Source of the DNA: Podarcis bocagei
Lineage: Eukaryota
Strand: one strand, 5' to 3'
Assembly: GCA_964188305.1 (NCBI GenBank)
Contig: OZ076893.1
Length of the DNA stretch: 64,000 nt
Under the pieces are notes generated by a model that was not told the DNA's origin, searched no databases, and saw only the letters and a program-made list of their open reading frames with translations. Position numbers and translations under genes: made by a program. Numbering within the stretch: position 1 is the first letter of the stretch; each line of letters starts with the position of its first letter. Below are positions 36,611-48,211 of this stretch, one piece after another.

Positions 36611-37904
36611 GTCATTGTAGAAAAATGCACTCTAATGTCTCAGGCAAGAATTTTCGTGAGGACCATTTAAAAAAAATGCAAGATGGGGGGAAAACAAGAA
36701 ACTGAGGGGGTGGGGAGAGACAGATTTTGTCAGTTCCTAACTGTGACTGTGTAATAAGTTCCTAGTAAGTTTGTTGCACATTGGACTAGTGGTTGCAATC
36801 TAAAACTACTTCAGCCAAGCCCATGCGTTTGTGTACAGATAGATTCTCAGGGTGGGGAAGCTTTGCCAGCCCTAATAGGGTTAAATTGGGACTTGGTGTA
36901 TGCAAAATACATGCCAAACCAGCAAATTATGGCCCTTTCCCTAATATATTTGACTATTCAAATGGAAATAGAACTTAGTTGCATGCAGCCTCCCATCAAG
37001 TCTACTTTCTGAAGGTTGGAAGAATACTTGGACTTTCCTGCTACCTTTTCCAGCTTGATGCTCTGCTGGAAGACTAAACATTGAATCCTTTGAGAAATGC
37101 ATCCAACTTCCTGGAGCTGAGTGTTCGGTATTTCATGATATCAAATCTACTGTCAGCTTCTGCTTATATGCTGCCTTACTGAGTTTCCTCTTATTCATTT
37201 GCTTGGGCAGCCTTGCTAAGATTAAATAAACTCTGGGGTTTTCTGGCATTTGATGTTTGCTAATTTTATTGGCCGCCCTTAATCATTTTTTCCCCACTCC
37301 CCTGGTCCAGCTCTTTCTTCATCAGCTCAGTATTGGAGCTGGAATTCATTTTAATGCCTTAATATGCAAACACATTTGTGACAAAATTGACTCAATATTT
37401 AAACTTGTTCAATTTCAAACACATTTTATGCTTCAGCTGTTTCAACTTGTAGATTATATGAAATGAGATGATTCAAAAATTAAACAGGTTTAAGCATTCA
37501 GTCAATTTGCTTAAATACTGTGTGGCATTTGTTTTTCAAAAGTTTTCTCAAGTTCTTTGTTCTTACTTCACTATTCTTGCGCCTGTCTTATTAAGAGAGC
37601 AGAGGCAGACCTGACTTGTTCAAGTGCTTTAATTACAGAGCTGTCCCTTGCTGATGACATCATGTAGTTTACTGTGCGACAGTGCTTGTGGCTTTCAGAG
37701 CGAGCCCTGATTGACAGCTAGTACCAGCTGAACTCTTTGGCCCATGCTGAACTCAACATTTTGGGCCTTGTGATGCTGTTACCACTACTACGCTATGCCT
37801 CAGCCTTTCTTAGGAGCACATCTCTCACAAGTCCATTATGGTGTAGCATGCCCCGCATTCAGAAAGATTCCATCCGCTTTTAAGAGTTGGGTGGTAAGAG
37901 GAGA

Positions 37905-38669
37905 AACTCCAGCGGGTGCAGAATGCTGCAGCGAGGCTCCTCACAGGGTCCCTGCCATGGGAGCATATTCACCCAGTGCTTTACCAGTTGCACTGCCTCC
38001 CGGTAGAGTATCAGGTCAGGTTTAAGGTGCTGGTTTTGACCTTTAAAGCTCTTTGTGGCTTAGGGCCCTCGTATTTACGGGACCGCCTCTCCTGGTATGT
38101 CCCACAGAGGACCTTAAGGTCCATGAATAATCATAGTTTAGAGGTCCCGGGCCCTAAGGAAATCAGATTATCCCGCACCAGGGCCCGGGCCTTCTCAGTG
38201 ATAACTCTGACCTGGTGGAATGCTCTGTCCCATGAGACCAGGCCCTACAGGATTTAACTTCCTTTTTCAGGGCCTGTAAGACAGAGCTATTTCACCTGGC
38301 TTTCAATTTGATCTTAGCCTGATCTTTTATTCCCCTTCCTTCCCTCCCCCTCCCCTTTTCATAAAGATTACCTGCTCTGGGATCCCACAGCTAATTCTCC
38401 CCTGGTCTCCTCACTGGCCCAAATAGGACTAATTTAGCCAGGTAGCCCTGGTGATGATCTAATGTTTATTGGATGGATTTCCCCCCTAAATTGATTTTTA
38501 AATTCTGAATTTATTGTTATTCACGTGTGTTTTTTTCATACTGTATTTTATGCTGTTTTTTGCTGCATCAATTAAGTGTTTTAAATTTGTTGTTAGCTGC
38601 CCTGAGCCTGGTTTTCTGAACCGGGAAGGGCGGGGTATGAATAAAAAATTATTTATTATTATTATTATT
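37905..38669 (+). mobile_element. L2-clade LINE 3' fragment
   Basis: VQNAAARLLTG...EHIHPVLYQLHCLPVEYQVRFKVLVLTFKAL.GLGPSYLRDRL..ARAFSV...WWNAL; (TTA)n tail. Confidence 0.9.
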
Positions 38670-38751
38670 TTGCAGAGACTGCAAAAAGGAGCAGTGCATC
38701 TGAAATAGACAGGTACCCTCAAATTTGCGACCAAAACCCCAACATATATTA

Positions 38752-39080
38752 ATAGGAACATAAGAAGTGCTGCATCAGGCCAATGACCCGTCTAGTCCAG
38801 CATCCTGTTCTCACAGTAGCTAACCAGTTGCCTGTGGGGAAACCCACAAGCAAGACCCACGAGCACTTTCCCCTCCTGTGGTTTCCAACAAGAGGTATTT
38901 GGAAGCATTGCTGCCTCCCAACCACAGAGGCAGAGCATAGTCATCATGACTAGTAGCCATTGACAGCCTTATCCTCTGTGAATTTGTCTAATCCTCTTTT
39001 AAAGCCTTCCAAGTTGGTGGCCATCAATTCCTTCATGGGAGCAATTTCCATAGTTCAACCATCTGTCCTGAATCTTCCAT
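38752..39080 (-). mobile_element. CR1 LINE 3' fragment
   Basis: ATAGGAACATAAGAAG terminus; GAATTTGTCTAATCCTCTTTTAAAGCC (reverse of GFKRGLDKF). Confidence 0.8.
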
Positions 39081-39164
39081 GCAGAGCCTAGTTTGCACAA
39101 CACAAACTAAACCAAGGGGTGCCAACTTGAATAAAATATTGGGGGGGGTAGTAGGTAAGCCCTA

Positions 39165-39514
39165 GGGACGCGGGTGGCGCTGTGGGTTAAACCACAGAGC
39201 CTAGGACTTGCTGATCAGAAGGTCGGCGGTTTGAATCCCCGTGACGGGGTGAGCTCCCGTTGCTCAGTCCCAGCTCCTGCCAACCTAGCAGTTCGAAAGC
39301 GCGTCAAAGTGCAAGTAGATAAGTAGGTACCGCTCCGGCGGGAAGGTAAACGGCGTTTCCGTGCGCTGCTCTGGTTCACCAGAAGCAGCTTTGTCATGCT
39401 GGCCACATGACCCAGAAGCTGTACGCCGGCTCCCTCGGCCAATAAAGCGAGATGAGCGCCGCAACCCCAGAGTCGGTCACAACTGGACCTAATGGTCAGG
39501 GGTCCCTTTACCTT
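39165..39514 (+). mobile_element. Sauria SINE, full length
   Basis: 12-bp TSD TAGGTAAGCCCT (39152-39163 / 39515-39526); inserted into a fragment of the hAT MITE family seen at 45516. Confidence 0.95.
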
Positions 39515-41265
39515 TAGGTAAGCCCTGCCCCACATAATCCTCTGAGCCAAACTGTCGCTTCCCAGGACTGTACAGATGTGTAGGCTGCGTGAGAGCAGCT
39601 CACAACTGCTTTGCTCCTCTCGAGTCCATTTTGTTCCCGCACAGAGTTAGGCTCAACATCCGATCCAAAAACATAAGAATGGGAATGGCGTCCTGGCGTA
39701 CTTCTGCCTGTTTCCTGTGTGTAAAAGTGCCTTTGGTGAGCGCATGCGTTTATTGAATTAACAGGCAAGTTTTTCTTTTATAACGCAGTGGATCAGCTAA
39801 TGTGGTTTGCTAATTTGTGTGATAAGTGGTGTGTATTGTTAAGCACTTGCATTACTAATTTATTGCATATTAAATTATGTGCTGTGATGAAGTCAGGCGG
39901 GGTGTATATTATATTGCCATTATGTGATGTGCAGCTTTGTAAGGTAGCATGAATTGTGGGGGTGGGGGGGTGGAATCCCACTTTTTAATATTTTTCTCCA
40001 AAATAAGCAGTGGCCCTCTGGGATCCACTGTTTGCCTTTGTGATCTGACTGATTAGAAGAAAGCAGAAGTTGATGATTATTGCTCTCAGAGGAGGCACAG
40101 ATATAGAAACACACTGACTCATTAAGCGCCTGTGTTCACCCAATCATGGGCAGAGTTTTTGACATTAAAGAAACAATCATAATGAAAAGAAATTACTGGC
40201 CCATGAAACAATAAATGAAAATTCTCATTTATATTTCATGATAGACTCTGAAGCAGAAGTTTTTTTAAAATGCGTGACAAAATTGAGTATAATAACTTGT
40301 AGATCTTAAAATCTGTTTGGCCTTAACCTTTTTTAAACCTTTGGGATCAGTCAAGCTCGCCTTGCCCCAAAGTAGTAACCCCTCCACCTATTTCCCCCTG
40401 CAAAGGAAGGCATATCTCTGCTGATTAAAGAAATCTCACTTTCTAGCATTTTGCTCCAAAATAAAACAATGCCTCTCTGAGATCCCCTGTTTACCAATTT
40501 GATCTGACTGGTAGAAGAAAGCTAAAGTTCATTATTATTGCTCCAAGAGGAGGGCCAGACATAGAAATATCTCTGAATACCTAAGCATTTAGCATAAACT
40601 GATGGCAAGCAGATACTCATATTTACAGCTAATCATTGCTTTCCACTCTACTGTGCAGTTCAGATACTTCAGCATTCAGTGTCATAATCACATAATTTTG
40701 AAAGGTACATGCACGTGAAGACCTGCACCCAGGTGCCTGTGATCAGCCGTGGCTACCCAGGCACCTGTCAATTTTATGTCTAGAGAGGTGTTCTCCCTCC
40801 CTTTTCAATTTCAGAACAAAAACAAAATGTAAATGCAGCTCAGTCTGTGAAACTGTTTGTCTTTCTGCTTATATATTTTCTCCCGCTGCACACTTGTTTG
40901 ACATCTAACGTTGTATTTAATTTACTTAGTCCGTGAGATTACTCCTTGCATCCTGTCCCTTACTGATGTCTTCTGCAAAAAAAGGGGGGGGGGAGAGAAA
41001 AGTATGAATAGTGACATAGAAAAGTGCATGAGAGTTCCAAATGTTTAGAGCCAATGGACAAACGAAATGCATACATTGTTAGATTTAAATTTCCGGGGAA
41101 GCGTTGCAGCTCACAGCATTTGCTCTGCATAGAGAAAGTCCTAGAATGAATCACCAGAATCATAGGAAGGCCTGAGAGATACCCCATCTGAAACTCTGGA
41201 GAGGTGCGGCCGGTGATGGACCAGTGGTCTGACTCTGTATAAGGCAGCTTCCCATGTTCCTATTA

Positions 41266-41507
41266 CAGTGGTACCTGAGACTGCATATGCTTCATGTTGC
41301 ATACGCTTCAGGTTACAGACTCTGCTAACCCAGAAATAGTGCTTCAGGTTAAGAACTTTGCTTCAGGATGAGAACAGAAATCGTGCTCCAGCGGCACGGC
41401 AGCAGAAGGAGGCCCCATTTGCTAAAGTGGTGCTTCAGGTTAAGAACAGTTTCAGGTTAAGTACGGACCTCCAGAACGAATTAACTACTTAACCTGAGGT
41501 ACCACTG
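41266..41507. mobile_element. Tc1/mariner MITE, family C
   Basis: TA-CAGTGGTACC ... GAGGTACCACTG-TA. Confidence 0.85.
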
Positions 41508-41597
41508 TATGTCCAAAAACAGGGAATTCTGGCTTGATGTCAGTTAACTCACCAGGATCTGGGTTAATAGCCAGTGTGCTATGTGCTATGGAATATA

Positions 41598-42013
41598 CAG
41601 TGGTACCTCGCAAGACGAATGCCTCGCAAGACAAAAAACTCGCTAGACGAAAGGTTTTTCCGTTTGCGATTTGCCTCGCAAGACGAAATTTCCCTATGGG
41701 CTTGCTTCGCAAGATGAAAACGTCTCGCGGCTTTGTTTCCTTTGTCTAAAAACAAAGACATGTTTTGTTTATAAAGTTAATTTATTTTCCCTTCAATTTT
41801 TGAACTGCTCTTTACAGTATGTGTGACTTTAAAGAGCAGTTAATAAACTGTTGTTGTACCAAATTTGGCTTTGTTTCGACTTTTTTTGACCATAGGAACG
41901 CATTAATTGATTTTCAATGCATTCCTATGGGATTTCGTGCTTCGCAAGACGAAAAATTCGCTAGACAACAAAAATTGCGGAACGAATTAATTTCGTCTTG
42001 CGGGGCACCACTG
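41598..42013. mobile_element. Tc1/mariner (Tigger-like) MITE, family D
   Basis: TIRs CAGTGGTACCTCGCAAGACGAA / TTCGTCTTGCGGGGCACCACTG; TA TSD; internal CGCAAGACGAA subrepeats. Confidence 0.85.
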
Positions 42014-42231
42014 TAGTGGTACCTCGGGTTACAGATGCTTCAGGTTACGGACTCTGCTAACCCAGAAATAGTACCTTGGGTTAAGAACTTTGCTTCAGGA
42101 TGAGAACAGAAATTGTGTGGCGGCGACAGCGGGAGGCCCCATTAGCTAAAGTGGTACCTCAGGTTAAGAACAGTTTCAGATTAAGAACGGACCTCCAGAA
42201 TGAATTAAGTTCTTAACCCGAGGTACCACTG
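42014..42231. mobile_element. Tc1/mariner MITE, family C
   Basis: TAGTGGTACCTCGGGTTAC ... TTAACCCGAGGTACCACTG-TA. Confidence 0.85.
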
Positions 42232-42420
42232 TAGTTTTTTAACCTTCTGGATTTATATCGACCTTGAAACACTTTGAAATCCATAAATCTTGGAGATTCG
42301 ACATTTTAGAATGTGTTTCGACCTTCTGTATTAGACATGGCAGCTTCCTCTGTTCCTATGTTAATCTTTTCTTAAAAGTGAAGCTCATTTTATGCCACGA
42401 AAATGACTTTCCCTCCCCCC

Positions 42421-42492
42421 TAGAATCATAGAATCATAGAGTTGGAAGAGACCACAAGGGCCATCGAGTCCAACCCCCTGCCAAGCAGGAAA
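42421..42492 (-). mobile_element. Very short CR1 3' tail insertion
   Basis: TAGAATCATAGAATCATAGAGTTGGAAGAGACCACAAGGGCCATCGAGTCCAACCCCCTGCC is the reverse complement of the CR1 (ATTCTATG)n terminus. Confidence 0.85.
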
Positions 42493-42930
42493 CCTTTCCT
42501 AGTTTTATTTTTAATTAGCTCTGCTCCCTAAAAGTCATGTAACAATTGGAATGTGGGTTTTGTTTTGGGAGGGAGCAAAATTGTAGGGTCGGTGTGTGAG
42601 ACAGAGAGATGCAACTGCTAGTTTTTATCATGTTAAAGCAGCCAGGAGCATTTGGTTTGAGTGACTGAGGCTGCAATTCCATACATGCTTGCCTGGTATT
42701 AGGTCCTATTGAACTTCACAGGACCTACTTCTGAGAAGATATTACAAGACTGAGCTGAAACTCATGCACTGTACACATTTGAACTTTTATCTTTCTTCGC
42801 ACTACTATACCATGCACTCAGGTGCATGTCTATATTCATTATTATGTTGCACCCAGTGCAGATAACATGTTGGTAAAAGAAGCAGCTGGATTGATGGTAC
42901 TATAATCATGAAAACTATTCCTTTAAGTCA

Positions 42931-43290
42931 GTTTCAGGTAGATAGCTGTGTTGATCTGTCATAGACTAAATATAAGCTTTCAAGGTACTGTATGAGCTTT
43001 CATGTGTAATACACACTTTGTCAGATACTTTGTCACTTCAACCTTATAAATGTTGATGACTGTTAGGGCAGTTGGTTGCACAGGGAAGGGCAAGGGATTT
43101 TTAAAGGGATAGATGACCAAAATTAGCTTTAGTATGTATAATGCGACATAACTCCAATATCTCTATTCAGACCAGGTCTCTCCATAGTTTTTAGTTTGCT
43201 AATGAGTTGTAATTCAGCAACTTCTCTAAAATTCTTGTGCAATAAGACAGCTATTAATTGATATTAAAGGTGCCACTGGAATTATTAAAA
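42931..43290 (-). mobile_element. Penelope-like element remnant (GIY-YIG C-terminus, pLTR, hammerhead)
   Basis: Minus 43254-43129 translates IAVLLHKNFREVAELQLISKLKTMERPGLNRDIGVMSHYTY*; pLTR-like GTTTCAGGTAGATAGCTGTGTTGATCTG; inverted pLTR scrap AAGGTGCCACTGGA at ~43267. Confidence 0.8.
42990..43028 (-). ncRNA. Degenerate minimal type I hammerhead ribozyme
   Basis: GTAT-CTGACAA-AGTGTGTATTACACAT-GAAA-GCTC-ATAC; stems I and II present, core CUGANGA mutated to CUGACAA. Confidence 0.6.
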
Positions 43291-45011
43291 AAGATTTTTT
43301 CATCTTGTTATTTATTATGACCTTTAAATCAGTGTTTCTGTTTCATATTTTATTGGTGAAGTAAGATTGTTAAGGAATACGATTAAAGCAAGTTAAGACA
43401 CATGTACAATGGGATGGTAAATGGTAAAACCATTGATTCCTTGCATTATGCTGCCACGTTTAACCGAATTGAATTTTTCCTAGTTTTATTTTTAATTAGC
43501 TCATGCTGAGTCCTTATTTTCTTGTAAAGAATGGGATAATGCTCTCTATTTGTGCCTTTAGAGTCTTAAAGACAAACCATCTGACTCAAGACATGTTGCT
43601 ATTGGACTTAATTAAAGCAAAGCACAACCAGAATTCTTAACAAAAGTAGGTTTTTCAGTACTGATGAGACAGCAGGATGAGAAAACAGGCCTGCTTCCTG
43701 AAAGCTGACTATTTTCTAACCTGTATCAGGCATTCTTTTGCTATTTCTGCCTGAATGAACACAGTTTGGAATACAGTGAGGTAATAAGGTGAGCTAATGA
43801 GTACATTATTAAACAGAGACAAAAAAGGAGAAAGTTTATTTGTTTGTTTAAAAAAACCTCAAAGATGATAGAAATGAAAGGGAGAAAAATGACTGCTCAC
43901 AGTTTTGATTTAACTAAAAAATGAGACACACAAAAAATGAAACTTATAGGGAGATGCCCCATATACTGTATTCAAAAACAGAAAATAATGTGTACACTTC
44001 AAGACCTTCTGCTACTTTTCAGAAAGCTGTGTCTACTCACAATGAACTGAGATCTTGCTGTTTTTATGTTGATAATTGCAATGACTGTGCCATACAGATT
44101 TTTGAGAGTGTAGAGTATTCGCTCTCATAGGTACTATTCAAGCCTAATTCTGATGTAGGAGATATTTTTGATAGGGTGTTGGTGTCACAGGTGGGGAGAG
44201 AACTATATCCCCACCACCAGCATTGACACTCCACCCAAAAAGATCTCCTGGGCTACAATTAGTCTGGAAAAACACCCTTCTATTGGCTACAATAGGGCTT
44301 TTTTCAAGCCTAATTGCAATGAAAGACGTGGGTGCCGTAGGCCACATGGGCACTTGCAGGTACCACAGTGGTATAATGCTACAAGTGGTCGGGTAAATAA
44401 ATGCAATATTATGTTCACACAGGGTGTTCAGGGCAAATTAAGGTATGTACAGTCCATTTCTGATTCAATGTACTTCAGCGCTCTCAAGAGCATGGGACCA
44501 GTTTAGCTGTGCGGCCACATGTGCCCACTGGATGGCTTAAAACTGTAGAACTGGTACTTTTACATGTGCCATATAATATTCATTCCACACCTAAAATAAG
44601 CTGATCTTTTAGTCTGGCGTCAGCTATGCTCTGGAGCTCTCTGCCCATTAGATATGGCCAAATTTTTCAATTTCAATTTCTCATTTCCCCATTCTTAAAT
44701 TCAGTTCTCTGAATTCGTAAAAAACAACAACCTCATCAGCCCTTATTTTGCACATTTCCCCTAATGCACACATTTTTGTATGCAATCCACCAATACAATG
44801 TATTATATGATTGTCACTAATATATCCATTTTTATTCATACTTTGTTGTTGTATATTTTCTTCACAATACATGGCTGGAGAGCTGCGCTGCAATTCAGAA
44901 AAATGTGGACTTCAGAGAATGGCTCAGTTCTGGTCCTCACATTGTTTCAGAAAACACCTGCTAAAAACTTCTTTGTTCCAGCAAAGCCTACCCAGGCATG
45001 TGATTTTAGTA

Positions 45012-45150
45012 GCTGGATAGCTCAGTTGGTTAGACTGAGCATGGTGCAGATAATGCCAAGGTTGCAGTTTTGACCCCCGTAAGGGACAGCTGCATTGGAG
45101 GGGTTGGACTAAATGATCCTCAAGCTCCCTTCCAGCTCTATGATTCTGTG
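45012..45150 (+). mobile_element. tRNA-Ile-derived SINE with CR1 tail
   Basis: GCTGGATAGCTCAGTTGGTTAGA..GATAATGCCAAGGTTGCAG ... CCCTTCCAGCTCTATGATTCTGTG. Confidence 0.8.
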
Positions 45151-45515
45151 TTTTAAAATACTGCTTTTATTTTATATTTCCCTTTTTTAAAATGTAACTT
45201 TTAAAAAATGGTCTTCAATATCATTATGAAGCAAGTCAGGGAATTCCTGTCATGGGAGGATTTAGGTCCCCCCCCCTCCCCATATCTCTGGTATGGGAAA
45301 GCATAAAAGAAGGAGATTAAATAAATCGTTTGGCATAAATTCAGGCAAAGCATACCTGTCAGTATCTTAATTAAAGGGAACTTGGGGTCTTACGAAGTCT
45401 GCTCAGCTGGGAGGGAAGCACTGACTAGAGGTGAACATATCAGATTCAAGTGGCTGTTCCAGAGCTGTGTGCTTTCTAACACACGTGTGAAACTTTTGTA
45501 CAGTTGTGTCTATTT

Positions 45516-45650
45516 CAGGGGTGTCAACTTGAACAAAGTATTGGGGGAGGCTGGTAAGTACCCATTAACTTTGGGGAGATGCAGCCCCCTCAAACATTTT
45601 ATTGGGGGGAGCCAAAGAGCCCCTCGGCCCCTACGAGTTGGCTCCTGTGC
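45516..45650. mobile_element. hAT-like MITE
   Basis: Imperfect TIRs CAGGGGTGTCAACT / AGTTGGCTCCTGTG; same 5' end at ~39114. Confidence 0.55.
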
Positions 45651-45834
45651 TCCATTAACTTCACTGGAGCAGCCAAAATGATGCATACACAAAGCTGGTG
45701 CTTTGAATTTAGGTAGAGGCATACATTTTATTTGTATGTAGACAATATAGCTGCCATTTACTTAATCCTTTCAGCCAGGATAATCCAATAATTTGAGAGC
45801 AGGTCAGTGCTGCTTGTGGATGTGCATTGTTCAT

Positions 45835-46683
45835 AGGTAAAGGTAAAGGGACCCCTGACCATTAGGTCCAGTCGTGACTGACTCTGGGGTTGCAGCGCTC
45901 ATCTTGCTTTATTGGCTGAGGGATCCGGCGTACAGCTTCCGGGTCATGTGGCCAGCATGACTAAGCCGCTTCTGGCGAAGCAGAGCAGCGCACAGAAATG
46001 CTGTTTACCTTCCTGCCGGAGTGGTACCTATTTATCTACTTGCACTTTGACGTGCTTTCGAACTGCTAGGTTGGCAGGAGCAGGGACCAAGCAACGGGAG
46101 CTCACCCCATCACAGGGATTCGAACCGCCAACTTTCTGATCGGCAAGTCCTAGGCTCTGTGGTTTAACCCAGTGTTTCCCAACCTTTTTTGGGCAAAGGC
46201 ACACTTGTTTGATGAAAAAAATCTCGAGGCACACCACCATTACAGCCCCGTGACGTCAGCGCGCAGCGTCACGCCGGGAGGGACGCACGAAAGTGTAAGT
46301 TTCAATTTTTTTCCCTCCCCCTTGCCGGGGAACCTCCAAGCTTTGGGGGTGGGGGGGGAGGAGGCAGCAAAGCGAGGCAGGAAGGAGAGCGCGGCTTGGC
46401 TGGGTGAGCTTTGGCAGGGGCAGGGAATGAGAGCCATGAGGCGGGCGCTGCGGACGGAGGCGCTGCCCGCCGAGCTCACAGGCAGCCAGGCAGGCAGACG
46501 GCGAGAGCCCCGCGCTGGGCGGCCTCTCCTCGCCGTCGCCGCCCCGCCTCTCGCCGCCCGACTCGCCCGCCTCCCTCCAGGCAACATCTCGCGGCACACC
46601 AGGCAACATCTCGCGGCACACTAGTGTGCCGCGGAACAGTGGTTGGGAAACACTGGTTTAACCCACAGCACCACCCGCGTCCC
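45835..46683 (-). mobile_element. Sauria SINE interrupted near its 5' end by a hAT MITE
   Basis: AGGTAAAGGTAAAGGG tail at left; head CACAGCACCACCCGCGTCCC at 46664-46683. Confidence 0.92.
46170..46655. mobile_element. Young GC-rich hAT MITE
   Basis: Perfect TIRs CAGTGTTTCCCAACC / GGTTGGGAAACACTG; perfect 8-bp TSD GTTTAACC. Confidence 0.92.
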
Positions 46684-47616
46684 ATTAAGGTGCTGTTTTT
46701 TCACCATGCAGGTTCAAGACAAGCTTGGGGCCCGAGAAACTGCCCTCTCCCTTGTGTGCTGCCCAATGCACTCTGGTTACCATCTGAGAATGTGCTCTGT
46801 ATGCCTCTGCCTGATGGACAGGGACTCACTAGGAGCATGGCCTTTTCAGTTGTGGCACCAACATTGTGGAATGCCCTCCCATCAGGCCCCGATTTTATAT
46901 AGCTTCCAGTGATAAGCTATAACCTGGCTTTTTGTAAAGCATTTGTGCTGAATTATTATGAGTTGCTTCGGGTCAGCGCTTGGTGCTTGCTTTCCACCAG
47001 TTTCATTCGGCTGATTGGTTTAGATATTTATTGTGTAATTCTTGTTCTTTTGTGACCGTGTGGATTCATTGTTGCTGTTGCATATTGTGGTCTTTTATTG
47101 ATTGCTACCCACCATGGGTTCTTGGAGCAATTTTTAAACAAAATATAAATATCCTATTACAATTACTACATGGTGACTTTGTCTCTATAGCATTTAACAC
47201 ACGCAATCGTAGCATTGCATTAATAGTGTTAGACAGCACTAATGTTTGTGCTGCTTTGTACAAAAGCCATAATATTTCGAGTAAGGAGGAGAACAGTAAC
47301 TGAGAGAGGGGGCTGGAATGTGAAATTTGAACTGGTGACATTTGAGCTCACATTACTAACCACTGCACAACACCACCATCAGCTTTCATTCATGATCTTC
47401 TTTAGTATGCTCCGATAAATTGCTGAAGTCATTAATACATCTGATCAGTTATGGTAAAGATTGTGTGACTAGGGTTTGAAGCTCTTTTAAGTTTTCAAAG
47501 ACTAGTATTTTATTTGAATTTCACAGAGTTGCTTCTCTAAAGTTTCAGGGTAACATTCTTCTGGAAATGTGTGTGTTGGTGTTAGAATCACTATACTAGG
47601 GATTAAATGATCAAAG

Positions 47617-47626
47617 TATTATTATT

Positions 47627-47677
<51 letters not shown>
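47617..47677. repeat. (TAT)n/(AAT)n microsatellite
   Basis: Direct reading. Confidence 0.95.
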
Positions 47678-48138
47678 TGAATACAACCTGCCTCATGCAG
47701 ATTCCTTTTCATGAATATAGGTGCCTTTGTCGGTAATGGGTATTATGGATAAATTGCTTTTCCTCTGTCCTATTCTCTGTTCTGTCTGTCATTCCGAAAG
47801 TGCAGGGAAATGAAGAAGGCATATTGATCTGGGATTTCTCTTGTGGATTAAAAGGGTTTACATCCACCTAGGCTTGACCTTAATCCAGAAAGGCAATAAT
47901 GCCAAATTCATGAAATGAATTATGAGTAGTCCATCACCTCAGTGGCTTCTCACAAAAGCATAACTAGAGCTAAACATGCATGCTATTGCTATTTGGGGGT
48001 GGAGAGGACATTTTGTTAGGTTTTGGAATATGTGGCATCACCCTTAACACAGGACAGCCCTAAAGAGCTATCTAGGGGGGGCATGTTTTTCCTGAAAGAT
48101 TGAACAGAAATGTGTTTTTTTTAAAAACACGTTTCCCA

Positions 48139-48140
<2 letters not shown>

Positions 48141-48206
<66 letters not shown>
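48141..48206. repeat. Compound (TC)n(TG)n microsatellite
   Basis: Direct reading. Confidence 0.95.

Positions 48207-48211
<5 letters not shown>

Noticed and set aside
46172-46902. Stack of 120-163 aa ORFs suggesting a CpG-island gene start
   Set aside because: Explained by the GC-rich, stop-poor MITE bounded by TIRs and a TSD.
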